Of a stretch of DNA of 64,000 bases, positions 10,030 through 19,073 are shown piece after piece. The position numbers and the translations under genes were made by a program. The DNA is from Patescibacteria group bacterium (GTDB lineage Bacteria > Patescibacteriota > Patescibacteriia > Patescibacteriales > JBAZCA01), in assembly GCA_041661405.1 (NCBI GenBank), contig JBAZUL010000003.1, positions 20,707-84,706 of the forward strand. Direction: 5' to 3'. Every line of letters starts with the position of its first letter. The stretch's first letter is position 1. The notes under the pieces are model-generated. The model had not been told where the DNA came from. It saw nothing but the letters and a program-made list of their open reading frames with translations, and searched no databases.

Positions 10030-10674
10030 TTAATTGTTAAATTTTTTTACCAATTTATCAGTTAAAGGCATTATAACTTTTTTAATAAAATCGGGCAGAA
10101 CAAAATAAATCTTTTTCGCAGCCCTTTTCAACCGGATTTCCGGCTTTAATTTTTCACAAGGCCAAACGAATTTATTGACCGCCCACATTTCCTCCAGCCG
10201 GTACCGGCGCGGCATAAAAAGCGGTTCGGTTTTAGGATAACCAAAGATTAAATAAGCTACCGGCGAGTAAAGCTTCGGAATGTTAAAAATTTTCCGCAAA
10301 ACTTTTTTGCGGGGCAAATGGCAAATCCAGCAACCGCCCAATCCTAAATCATGAATGGTAAGAAGCATGTTTTGGATGGCGGCGGCCGAGCTTTGAAGCC
10401 AGTCGCGATATTCCAGGTTATCACTTAAAGCGGTGTTATAAAGAACTAAAATACCATAAGGAGCATTTCTCACGGCGCAAGAACCTCCAGCAGCGAAAAT
10501 TTTTTCCTTAACATCAGCATCATCAATAAAAATAAACTTCCAGCCCTGAGTATTACAGTGGCTTGGGGCGTGGATACCGGCATGAAAAATTTTTTCTAAA
10601 ATCCCCTGCTCTAGTGGCCGGCTGGAAAAATGCCTGATACTTCGCCTGGTTTTAATTGCTCGCTCTAGTTCCAT
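10030..10674 (-). CDS. nitroreductase family protein
   Basis: 214 aa. AIKTRRSIRHFSSRPL and HAPSHCNTQGWKF are nitroreductase-family N-terminal motifs. There is a basic C-terminal tail of about 45 aa. Confidence 0.8.
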   Translation of the reverse strand: MELERAIKTRRSIRHFSSRPLEQGILEKIFHAGIHAPSHCNTQGWKFIFIDDADVKEKIFAAGGSCAVRNAPYGILVLYNTALSDNLEYRDWLQSSAAAIQNMLLTIHDLGLGGCWICHLPRKKVLRKIFNIPKLYSPVAYLIFGYPKTEPLFMPRRYRLEEMWAVNKFVWPCEKLKPEIRLKRAAKKIYFVLPDFIKKVIMPLTDKLVKKFNN

Positions 10675-10677
10675 AAA

Positions 10678-11724
10678 TTATAATCCTGCCAAAATTTTAT
10701 CTATAAAATCAGACAGGCTATGATCCTTTGCCACTATTTCCCTTAAATCATTCCCGATTTTCGCGCGCTCTTCAGAACTTAAACCCATAATATATTTTAT
10801 CTTTTCACTCAATTCCATGTAATCTTTCTTCTTATACATCAATCTCCCGCTATAATTCCCAATCACATCCTCTAAGGCTTCATTGCAGGTTAGAATTGGC
10901 AGTCCGGCGGCCATGGCTTCAAGGATTGCCTTATCAAGGCTTCCGGTAAGACCCATATTCACGAATAAATCAGCTTCATTCAGGGCCGGCGCAATTTCCC
11001 GGTTCGGCAGAGAACCCCTGAAATTTATCGCGTCTTCCAATTTTTTTTCCTTTACCATCTCTCTCAATTTTCCCAGATATTCTTTCTGCCCCGGCGTCCC
11101 CGGACCACCAATAATATCCACCTTAACCTTCGCATTCTGCCTAACTAATGCTTCCGCCGCCCGGATCAATGTTTCATAATCCTTGGATGGTGAAATTCTT
11201 CCAATAGTTATAATCTTGAATCTATTATTTTTAATTCTTAATTTATCATTCTTAATTCCGTCAACGTCAATCCCCTGCCCGACCACTTTAATCTTTATAC
11301 TGTCTATCCGGCAACCGCTCTTAGTTGAAGTAAAAATTACATGAGTCAGCTTTTCGGCGATTCTTAAACCAATAGGAACATATCCGTGCGCATACCATAA
11401 AGCAACTTTCTTTCTTAATATTCGCCAATAAACAGCACCGAGAATGATGTATTCATAATTCATGTGCACAAAGACTTTATCATAATCCTGACGATTTTGC
11501 CAGATGTGCTTATAAAAATTAAAAAGATATGCAATCCTTGATTTACGCCTTTCTTTACCTAAGCTTAACACCCTCACATTGTCCGGCAAACAATATTTCC
11601 CGCTTTTCAAGCACACTACCGTAACCCGCTCGCATTTTTTGGCAAAACCGGCAATCCAGCCGTGCATAAAACCGAGTACGTCGTCTTTATTGTCAACAGT
11701 CTGGGTAAGAATTAATAATTTCAT
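10678..11724 (-). CDS. glycosyltransferase family 4
   Basis: 348 aa. The C-terminal GLTGSLDKAILEAMAAGLPILTCNEA is a GT4-type motif. Confidence 0.82.
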   Translation of the reverse strand: MKLLILTQTVDNKDDVLGFMHGWIAGFAKKCERVTVVCLKSGKYCLPDNVRVLSLGKERRKSRIAYLFNFYKHIWQNRQDYDKVFVHMNYEYIILGAVYWRILRKKVALWYAHGYVPIGLRIAEKLTHVIFTSTKSGCRIDSIKIKVVGQGIDVDGIKNDKLRIKNNRFKIITIGRISPSKDYETLIRAAEALVRQNAKVKVDIIGGPGTPGQKEYLGKLREMVKEKKLEDAINFRGSLPNREIAPALNEADLFVNMGLTGSLDKAILEAMAAGLPILTCNEALEDVIGNYSGRLMYKKKDYMELSEKIKYIMGLSSEERAKIGNDLREIVAKDHSLSDFIDKILAGL

Positions 11725-11794
11725 AATCGCGTTAATTTTTGATTGGCGCTATTTTTTAGGCATAGCCCAAAAAACCACAGCAACTGCCTATACG

Positions 11795-12901
11795 TTATAA
11801 CCAGGATTTTTTATACTGACGCAAATATTCCTCTTTATCCGCCAGTTTTTTTATTGTTTCGGCCGCCCGACGGGTTAAACTTTCCCCAAGCTTATGATCA
11901 CCCAGTACCCTGATAATCGTCTGGCTCAAAACGTCTCCATCCCCGACCGGAACTATGAACCCGTTTTCCCCGTCCTTTACGAGCTCCCCGGCGCAACCGA
12001 CATCGGTCATGATAACTGGACAGCCGGCCGCCATAGCTTCAACCGCCGCCATGCCCCAGCCTTCATAATTTGAGGTCAAAAGAAAGAGATCGGCTGTTTT
12101 ATAATACGAGGCCAAATCATCGGTCCAGGTTTCCAAAATCACCCGGCTGGCTAATCCGTTTTTTTTAATCAACGATTTTAGGCGGACTTCCTCCCGGCCG
12201 GAACCAAAAATTATCAATCCGATTCGCGGCTGTTTTTTTACGACCTTCAACATTGCTTCAATGGCCAAACCGATATTTTTTTCCGGACTGAGGCGCGAAG
12301 CCATTAAAATTATTTTTTCGAATTGCGGATATTTGCTTTTTAAATCTAACTTAACGCTGGCGCCGGTAATTTTTCCGACATCCGTATAAATCGGCAAAAC
12401 AAAAATTTTTTCTGAAGCCACGCCCAGCTTAATTAAAGAAGTTTTGATTCTCGCGCTCACCACCCTTAAGCTGTCCGCCCTTTTGATTAATACTTTAGCG
12501 AGCATCACCCTTATTTTGTTAGTCCGCGACTGGCGCCAAAAATAGAGACTGAAAACATCGGTGTGAAATTGCAGTTGCAACTTAATCCGGTTGAAAACGG
12601 CTAATAAAACGCCGGCCAGCCCGGTCTCAAAAGGATCTTGGGTAAAAATAAGGTCTATCTTATTCTTTCTTAAAATATTTCGGGCCAGCCGCCAAGTGTC
12701 AAAATAATAAAACAAACGACAAGAGGAATTAGTCGGATAAATAACCAGCCTGTCGTCAAAAATAATGGGAGAAAACTTTTCCCTTGTCCAAACAATAACA
12801 AAAAGCTTTTCAACGATAGCGCTGTATTCTTTTAATCTCTCAAAGCTTGCGGAATTTTTCTTAAATATGGCTTTGTCTAAATTGATAACGAGGATATTCA
12901 T
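11795..12901 (-). CDS. glycosyltransferase family 4
   Basis: 368 aa with TSNYEGWGMAAVEAMAAGCPVIMTDVGCAGELV. Start and upstream stop overlap (ATGA). Confidence 0.88.
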   Translation of the reverse strand: MNILVINLDKAIFKKNSASFERLKEYSAIVEKLFVIVWTREKFSPIIFDDRLVIYPTNSSCRLFYYFDTWRLARNILRKNKIDLIFTQDPFETGLAGVLLAVFNRIKLQLQFHTDVFSLYFWRQSRTNKIRVMLAKVLIKRADSLRVVSARIKTSLIKLGVASEKIFVLPIYTDVGKITGASVKLDLKSKYPQFEKIILMASRLSPEKNIGLAIEAMLKVVKKQPRIGLIIFGSGREEVRLKSLIKKNGLASRVILETWTDDLASYYKTADLFLLTSNYEGWGMAAVEAMAAGCPVIMTDVGCAGELVKDGENGFIVPVGDGDVLSQTIIRVLGDHKLGESLTRRAAETIKKLADKEEYLRQYKKSWL

Positions 12902-14346
12902 TTTTTTCTTAAAAAATTATAAACCTTCCTTAACCCCTTGCCAAAAATGCCTTTTTCGGAAATGGCGGCGTGGGCTAAATACTCTACCAAATATATGTCC
13001 AAGGGTAAAGAAAAAAAATTCAGCTTCACTCTTAACTCAAACCATTTCTTGAATATTTTCGCGTCCCAGCTCATGATCTTATAGCACTCCCGGATTACCC
13101 AGACTTTTTTCGCGTCAATCCAGGGCGAGTTAAAATCCTTTCGGAAGCGGTCAATACTGCCCCAGTCTTCGGTTTTTTCCGGCGGTTTAAAACCCGTCTC
13201 TAGGCTGGTTTGATAGAGCTTTGAGCCCGGATAAGGAAGATAAGCGCCCAAAGTAAAGCCGGCCCGGGGATGGATCTTGTAGATTTTATACATTAGTTTC
13301 AGGGTTTCATCAAACTCCTCTTCAGTCTCGCCCGGCAAACCGACAATAAAAGAGTAGGTGGCGTGAAGATCATGCTTGGCGATAGAGCGCACCCCCTTAA
13401 CCATCTTTTCCACGGTAAAATTTTTATCTATCATTTTTAGAATCCGGTCAGAGCCGGACTCTAAGCCGATTAACATATCAAAAACCTTAAATCTTTTCAG
13501 CCGGCCGGAGAGCTCATCATCAATAAAATCAATCCGGATTTCTAAATGGCTTGGCAGATTGATTTTTTCCAGTATTTCCAAGGCTCTCCTTTTATCAACG
13601 AAAAAATTATCATCATAAAACTTAACCGCGTCAATCTTATAATTCTCTTTAAGAAAATTAATATCCTCTATAACCGCCGCGACCGGCCAGGCGCGCCAGC
13701 GGTTCTGGTTGAATTCGTTATTATAGCAGAAAGCGCAGCCGAACGGACAGCCGCGGCTGGCTTTATAGGCGATGACTCGTTTGTATTTTCCCAGGGAATA
13801 GACATAATCGTTGACATTGAGCAGGCTGAAATCAAGGCGCCAGTCGCCCAAATTTTCTATTAACGGTCGGCGCTGGTTCATGACCGGCTCGCCTTTTTCT
13901 TTATAGCCCAAACCCAATATGTTTTTAAACCGGTAATTTTCCCTGGCTCCGCCTTCGGCCAAGGCTTTGGCGAATTCCAGTATGGTTTCTTCGCCTTCGC
14001 CCTGGATTAAAAAATCAACATAATCTTCCTTTAAACATTCCAGCGGCAAAAGCGAAGGATGGATGCCGCCCCAGAGAATCGGCAGATCCGGGTTAAGGGC
14101 TTTTAATTTTTTTGACAGCTCGGCTGAATGTTTGGTCTGCGCCCCGGTGATTACTGAAAAACCGACAAATTCCGGATTCTTTTCCGCGATTTTTTCCGCT
14201 GTTTCATTAATCTGATCTTCGTTAATATTTACGAGTTCCACGTTAAAACCACGGCTTTTTAAGGCGCTGCCGACCGAAAGAATGCCTAAGGGCAGTATCT
14301 TTTCCGCGTGATCTTCGGAAAAATTTATCTGAGCAAGAATTATCAT
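12898..14346 (-). CDS. B12-binding-domain radical SAM enzyme (class B)
   Basis: 482 aa. The N-terminal cobalamin-binding-like domain has FVGFSVITGAQTKHS and PILWGGIHPSLLP. The CX3CX2C cluster motif is SRGCPFGCAFCYN. Confidence 0.85.
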   Translation of the reverse strand: MIILAQINFSEDHAEKILPLGILSVGSALKSRGFNVELVNINEDQINETAEKIAEKNPEFVGFSVITGAQTKHSAELSKKLKALNPDLPILWGGIHPSLLPLECLKEDYVDFLIQGEGEETILEFAKALAEGGARENYRFKNILGLGYKEKGEPVMNQRRPLIENLGDWRLDFSLLNVNDYVYSLGKYKRVIAYKASRGCPFGCAFCYNNEFNQNRWRAWPVAAVIEDINFLKENYKIDAVKFYDDNFFVDKRRALEILEKINLPSHLEIRIDFIDDELSGRLKRFKVFDMLIGLESGSDRILKMIDKNFTVEKMVKGVRSIAKHDLHATYSFIVGLPGETEEEFDETLKLMYKIYKIHPRAGFTLGAYLPYPGSKLYQTSLETGFKPPEKTEDWGSIDRFRKDFNSPWIDAKKVWVIRECYKIMSWDAKIFKKWFELRVKLNFFSLPLDIYLVEYLAHAAISEKGIFGKGLRKVYNFLRKK

Positions 14347-14356
14347 AAACTTATTT

Positions 14357-15988
14357 TTATTGATCCTGGCATCTATCCTTAAAGACAGTCCTTAGCGTCT
14401 CAGCGGTTTCGTCCACCGTCTTTTCCCAGCTGAAAAATTTTATTTTCTCTTTCGCGTTAACGGCTATTTTTTTCGCGAAATCATTGTCGGAGAGAATTTT
14501 TTTCGCGGCTTTAAGCAGTTCCGCTTCATTATTATAATTCACTAACAATCCGGTTTCGTTATCAGTAATCACCTCCGGATTGCCTCCGCGGTTAGTCGTA
14601 ATAATCGGTGTCCCGGATTGCATGGCTTCCAGTAATACATGCGACATGCCTTCATAATTGGAATTTAAAATAAACAAATCGGCGGCCTTAAAATAATTCA
14701 TTATTTTTTCATGCTCAATCCTTCCGAGAAAATGAACATATTTGCTCACCCCCCGCTCTCGCGCCAGAGATTCCAAGTTATCATGCTCCTGCCCTTTTCC
14801 TAAAATAAGCAGGTTGATTTTCAAGTTTAGCTCTTTCATCAATTCAGGCATTATTTTTATAATGCCGTCAAAACCCTTCCAGGGGTTGAGCTGGCCGGGA
14901 GAAACTATAATCTTACTGCCCCGGCCGTATTTTTCTTTTATAGAAACCACGGAATTTTCATCAAAAGGATAGCGGGAAAAATCAAGCGAGTTGTAAATTA
15001 CTTTCACCCTTTCCTTATCAACGCCGATTTTTTCTAGAACTAGCCCGATAAAATTGCTCGGCGCGACAATTTTGTCGGCTTCCAAAAGGACTTTTTTTCT
15101 TCGCGCTTTCAGCCTCTCAATTTTTTTATCGTAAACCTTGTCCTGAAAATCAAGAATATAATCGCAACACCAGCCATTCCTTACCGCCGTTTCCCAGGCG
15201 CTGTCACCGACAAAACGGACAACGTATTTCATTCCCCTTATCTTTTTTATGAGATAGGTAAAATATCCCGCGCTGTAAACGTCCAAAGCGTAAATTTCAT
15301 CGGCCCAGTCCGCCAATCGCCACAGTTTAGCTAAATAACGAATTTGGGATAGGGCGGCGATTCTTCCCCTTTTTATCCGAAAAACCATTCCCCTTTCTTC
15401 CGACCGCGTTTTTATGAAAGAATAAGTGATTATTTTTACTTCAATTCCCTTATCAATAAGCGCGCGCGGCAAAGCTTCAAGCAAAGTGGCCGGCCCGCGG
15501 TAATCCGGCGGATAAATTCCGGTGGCAATCAGTACTTTTAAAGTTTTTCCGCTTTCCGGCTCGGCTAAAGAACTTTCCGGCTTTTTTACGAAGATATAAG
15601 TTTCATAAATGATAAAACTGAATATGGCAATTATTATGGTTACAATAATCTGAGCCAAAAGATACCAGACGCCAAAAATTTCCACCGCCAGATACATGCC
15701 AAGGGTATTTAGCCCTAAATTAATAAGACCGACAAAAAGATACTGGCCCATTTGTCGGTAAATGCGTTCTCGCCCCGCGTCGCGAAAAGTGAAAAATTTT
15801 TGCAGATAAAAGCTTACAAAAAACGAGCCGATAAAAGCGAGTATCGCGGAAAAGAGATACCAGATACGAAAAAAATCGGTCAAAACGAATAAGAGAATCA
15901 AATCCGCTAAAGTCGCGATACCTCCGGAAATGATAAATTTCACGATAGTTTTTCTCTTATATATCGCCCTTAAAATTCTTATTGCCAT
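14357..15988 (-). CDS. GtrA-like membrane domain fused to a GT4 glycosyltransferase
   Basis: 543 aa. The N-terminal 130 aa have four TM helices with FIISGGIATLADLILLFVLTD and YLQKFFTFRD (GtrA pattern). The C-terminal region has NSNYEGMSHVLLEAMQSGTPIITTNRGGNPEVI (GT4). Confidence 0.82.
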   Translation of the reverse strand: MAIRILRAIYKRKTIVKFIISGGIATLADLILLFVLTDFFRIWYLFSAILAFIGSFFVSFYLQKFFTFRDAGRERIYRQMGQYLFVGLINLGLNTLGMYLAVEIFGVWYLLAQIIVTIIIAIFSFIIYETYIFVKKPESSLAEPESGKTLKVLIATGIYPPDYRGPATLLEALPRALIDKGIEVKIITYSFIKTRSEERGMVFRIKRGRIAALSQIRYLAKLWRLADWADEIYALDVYSAGYFTYLIKKIRGMKYVVRFVGDSAWETAVRNGWCCDYILDFQDKVYDKKIERLKARRKKVLLEADKIVAPSNFIGLVLEKIGVDKERVKVIYNSLDFSRYPFDENSVVSIKEKYGRGSKIIVSPGQLNPWKGFDGIIKIMPELMKELNLKINLLILGKGQEHDNLESLARERGVSKYVHFLGRIEHEKIMNYFKAADLFILNSNYEGMSHVLLEAMQSGTPIITTNRGGNPEVITDNETGLLVNYNNEAELLKAAKKILSDNDFAKKIAVNAKEKIKFFSWEKTVDETAETLRTVFKDRCQDQ

Positions 15989-16000
15989 AGGAAGTTAATT

Positions 16001-16100
16001 TGCGTGCGAGTGCCGAGCGTGCGAGCGAGACATCCCGCAGCCGCAGGCATGCGGGATCCAGCGTGTGAGCAAATTATTGAGCCTGCCCGATCGGAGCGAG
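16001..16100 (-). repeat. GC-rich palindromic intergenic element, copy A
   Basis: It lies between the ackA stop and the start of the glycan operon. The 30-nt block GAGTGCCGAGCGTGCGAGCGAGACATCCCG (16008..16037) and GGCATGCGGGAT (16046..16057) recur at 42925..42954 and 42984..42995. It has an 8-bp hairpin, ATCCCGCA/TGCGGGAT. Confidence 0.7.
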
Positions 16101-16124
16101 GAATAAAAACTCCTTCGCATTAAA

Positions 16125-17246
16125 TTAATTCATCAGCACTCTTACCTTTTTAGCGATCGCCAGTTCCTCGTCCGCCTCAACAGCAACATGCGGGCATTTT
16201 AAAAATTTCAACTTGCGCGTTACCGCGTTTCTTGTCATCGGATTGCCGGCTCCTATCCGCCCGGTAAAAACAATGCCATCCAGCCGGCCTTCCAGAGCCG
16301 CGTAATACGAACCGATGTATTTTACCAGCCGATAGACTGCCATGTCAAAGGCTGTTTTCGCCGCTCCGTTGCCAAGCGAAACAAGCTTTAATAGCTCTTT
16401 GTAATCTGCTATCCCGCCGGAAACTCCCTTAATGCCGGAAGAGTAATTTAAAATTTTTTCCAGCCTTTCAGCCGCTTCGCCCGTGCCAGTTCCAATTTCG
16501 GTTTGGCTATCTTTATTCCGGCTGAAATCAATCACCGCTTCCCGCTTTCCGCCTGATTCAGCGGAGTCGCCTTGTTTTAAAAGATAGAAAATAATTCCCG
16601 GATCAATATCTCCCGGCCGGGTCATCATCATAAGGCCTTCCATCGGAGTAAAACCCATTGAAGTATCAATTGGCTTGCCTTTTTTTATGGCGGCGACCGA
16701 CCAGCCGCCGCCAAGATGGCAGGTGATTAAATTAGCCTTTTTAAAGTCCAGTCCGAGTTTTTTTGCTCCGACCATAGCGGCGTATTCGTGGGAAATGCCA
16801 TGGAAGCCGTAGCGCCGGATATTGAAACGGTCGGACAAATCTTTTGGCAAAGCGTAACTTTTAGCCTCTTCCGGCAAATCCCGGAAAAAACCAGTATCAA
16901 AAACCGCCGCCTGCGGTATTTCCGGAAGATAATTCATGGCCGCCCGGATGCCAGCCAAATTGTAAGGGTTATGAAGCGGCGCCAGTCCGTTATATTCTTC
17001 CAGCCGGCCGATTTTTTCGCTGTCCAGAATGAGCGGATCGTAAAAATCATCGCCGCCGTGCACTACCCTATGGCCGACCGCGGCTAAATCGCGCAGGTCG
17101 CCGATTTGTCGCAAGATGTCTTTTAAGGCTTTTTCATGGTCAGCCGCGCCGTCAATAATGCCGCTTTTCAGGCATTTTTCCTCGTCATTAAAAATCTTAT
17201 ATTTTATTGAAGTGGATCCGGAATTAAGAACCAGGATGTTGGACAT
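16125..17246 (-). CDS. ackA: acetate kinase
   Basis: 373 aa with MSNILVLNSGSTSIKYKIF, VGHRVVHGG, RRYGFHGISHEY and LITCHLGGGWSVAAI, all canonical AckA motifs. Confidence 0.93.
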   Translation of the reverse strand: MSNILVLNSGSTSIKYKIFNDEEKCLKSGIIDGAADHEKALKDILRQIGDLRDLAAVGHRVVHGGDDFYDPLILDSEKIGRLEEYNGLAPLHNPYNLAGIRAAMNYLPEIPQAAVFDTGFFRDLPEEAKSYALPKDLSDRFNIRRYGFHGISHEYAAMVGAKKLGLDFKKANLITCHLGGGWSVAAIKKGKPIDTSMGFTPMEGLMMMTRPGDIDPGIIFYLLKQGDSAESGGKREAVIDFSRNKDSQTEIGTGTGEAAERLEKILNYSSGIKGVSGGIADYKELLKLVSLGNGAAKTAFDMAVYRLVKYIGSYYAALEGRLDGIVFTGRIGAGNPMTRNAVTRKLKFLKCPHVAVEADEELAIAKKVRVLMN

Positions 17247-17257
17247 ATATAATTTCT

Positions 17258-17288
17258 ACGAAATACGAAATTGACGAAATACGAAATT
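17258..17288 (-). repeat. four copies of heptamer ACGAAAT (mRNA AUUUCGU) in the pduL-ackA spacer
   Basis: Plus strand reads ACGAAAT ACGAAAT tg ACGAAAT ACGAAAT, read directly. It sits 12-42 nt upstream of the ackA ATG (17246). Confidence 0.85.
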
Positions 17289-17304
17289 TTCACAGAGTCT
17301 AGCT

Positions 17305-17892
17305 TTATCTATCACTTGACAGCAATCTTCCGTAATTTTTCTTCTTCCATAACCCGGCGGCATTAGCCTCGTCAGTGTCAATATGCATGGAAAGCCGGAA
17401 ATTTTCCGCCACTCTGACGATTACATTTTCAAAAATAACTCCCCGCTCGCCCGCGGCTGACACCCTTACTTTATGCCTATGCCCTAATTTTAATTGCTTT
17501 GCTTCTTCGCGGCTCGCGTGAATATGCCTCTGGGCGATGATCACCCCGTTTTTAATCTTTATTTTTCCTTTCGGACCCCTAAGCGCGATCCCCGGCGTTC
17601 CTTTTAAATCGCCCGAAAGCCGGACCGGAACTTTAATTCCGAGCTGATAGGCTTCAGTAGCGGTAATTTCAAGCTGGGTTCGGGAACGAACCGGGCCGAC
17701 GACTCGGACTTTAAGCGCCATTTTTTTGCCATCAACTATGACTGTTTCCCTGGCGGCAAATTCGCCGATCTCGCTTAAATCTTTAAATTTTTTTAGTTCA
17801 TAACCCGGGCCAAAAAGCCGCTCTAGGTCTTTTCGCGACAAATGGATATGGCGGGCCGATATTTCAATGGGAATTTTCATAATAATTTTCAA
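17305..17892 (-). CDS. pduL: phosphate acyltransferase PduL (phosphotransacetylase substitute)
   Basis: 195 aa with two PduL repeats: IEISARHIHLSRKDLERLFG and IIAQRHIHASREEAKQL, followed by MHIDTDEANAAG. Confidence 0.88.
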   Translation of the reverse strand: MKIIMKIPIEISARHIHLSRKDLERLFGPGYELKKFKDLSEIGEFAARETVIVDGKKMALKVRVVGPVRSRTQLEITATEAYQLGIKVPVRLSGDLKGTPGIALRGPKGKIKIKNGVIIAQRHIHASREEAKQLKLGHRHKVRVSAAGERGVIFENVIVRVAENFRLSMHIDTDEANAAGLWKKKNYGRLLSSDR

Positions 17893-17930
17893 CTGTTAAT
17901 TTTCACCGTTATTTGGAAAAATCATGACAA

Positions 17931-18926
17931 TTATTCAGGCAAATCTTTTTTCCTCAATAACCCCGTCTGCGCGCCGTAATGGCCGACGACCGAGGCGGTA
18001 TTTTTAACCCCTAAAAACATGGCTTTTTTTATGTCGCTATTATAGATTTCCAGTCCGGCTATAAAAGACGAGCCAAACGCGTCGCCGACTCCGGCGGTAT
18101 TGACCCGCTTTTTCTCTTTTAAAATTTTCTGATAATAATTTTTATTTCCCGCCCGGACGCTGGCGCCATGCTTGCCGTTGGTAATTACGACGATTTTTGA
18201 ACCCCAGGAACTTATGGCATAAAGCAGATTTCCCATATCATTAAAAAAAGCGCTGTCTTTAGCCGTAAAATCCTTGCATGATTTTACAAGCTCAATGGCC
18301 TCGTCTTTATTAACGATCAATACTTCAGTCTTTTTTAAATATTTTTCCAATGTTTTGTAGCCTTCCATGAGCTGGCGATGCCCGGGGTTCCAGGCGATTT
18401 TCGGCCCGCTCAGTTTAAAGACTTTACTTAAAACATCCTGCCACTCTCCAGACAGCGAAGTTATATACACCCATTTTGTTTTATCCAAAATTATTAATTC
18501 ATCATCCCGAGTACTCGGGATTCTTAATTCATCGTTAGCCGCCCGGTTGGAAAAAACTACGTGCTCGTTCTCCTGCCCGGTAATAAGAAAAGAAAAACCA
18601 GTCTCTTTCTTTTTCGTAAATTGCGCGAGGCTCGTATCTACCCCCTCTTTTTTAAAATTTTCCTTAATCCTTTTTCCCCGATCGTCATTGCCCAAAGAAA
18701 CCATGGCCGCGGATTTAAGCCCGAGCCGCGAAGCCGAAACCGCGACGTTCGCCGCGCCGCCTCCGAAAGTGAAATGCGCTTTATCAACTTTAATCTTGGC
18801 ACCGTATTCAAAGCAGATCAATTTCTGCCTTAAAACATCCTTCTTATTGTCCAGGAGTATTCCCTCTCTGGTATAAAAAGTGATGTCCTCGGTCGCCCCG
18901 CCGATGGAAATTAAATCATGTTTCAT
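17931..18926 (-). CDS. PfkB-family carbohydrate/nucleoside kinase
   Basis: 331 aa. It has FGGGAANVAVSASRLG near the N-terminus and NTAGVGDAFGSSFIAGL near the C-terminus (ribokinase-family signatures). Confidence 0.85.
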   Translation of the reverse strand: MKHDLISIGGATEDITFYTREGILLDNKKDVLRQKLICFEYGAKIKVDKAHFTFGGGAANVAVSASRLGLKSAAMVSLGNDDRGKRIKENFKKEGVDTSLAQFTKKKETGFSFLITGQENEHVVFSNRAANDELRIPSTRDDELIILDKTKWVYITSLSGEWQDVLSKVFKLSGPKIAWNPGHRQLMEGYKTLEKYLKKTEVLIVNKDEAIELVKSCKDFTAKDSAFFNDMGNLLYAISSWGSKIVVITNGKHGASVRAGNKNYYQKILKEKKRVNTAGVGDAFGSSFIAGLEIYNSDIKKAMFLGVKNTASVVGHYGAQTGLLRKKDLPE

Positions 18927-19073
18927 ATAAGTAAAAATGGTTAATTCAGGCTTCTTTCCTTCTGAAATTATATCATATTCCGGCCTAAATAAAAAATCGC
19001 CATTACAGCGATCTTTACCAGACTAATTTTCTTAAATTATCAATACCGCCCGAACCGGCCACTCTGCTATTTT

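Noticed and set aside
18990-19020. Terminator after the DUF4340 gene (ATCGC-cattaca-GCGAT followed by a T-run on the minus strand)
   Set aside because: The stem is only 5 bp with modest GC content, too weak to report as a feature.
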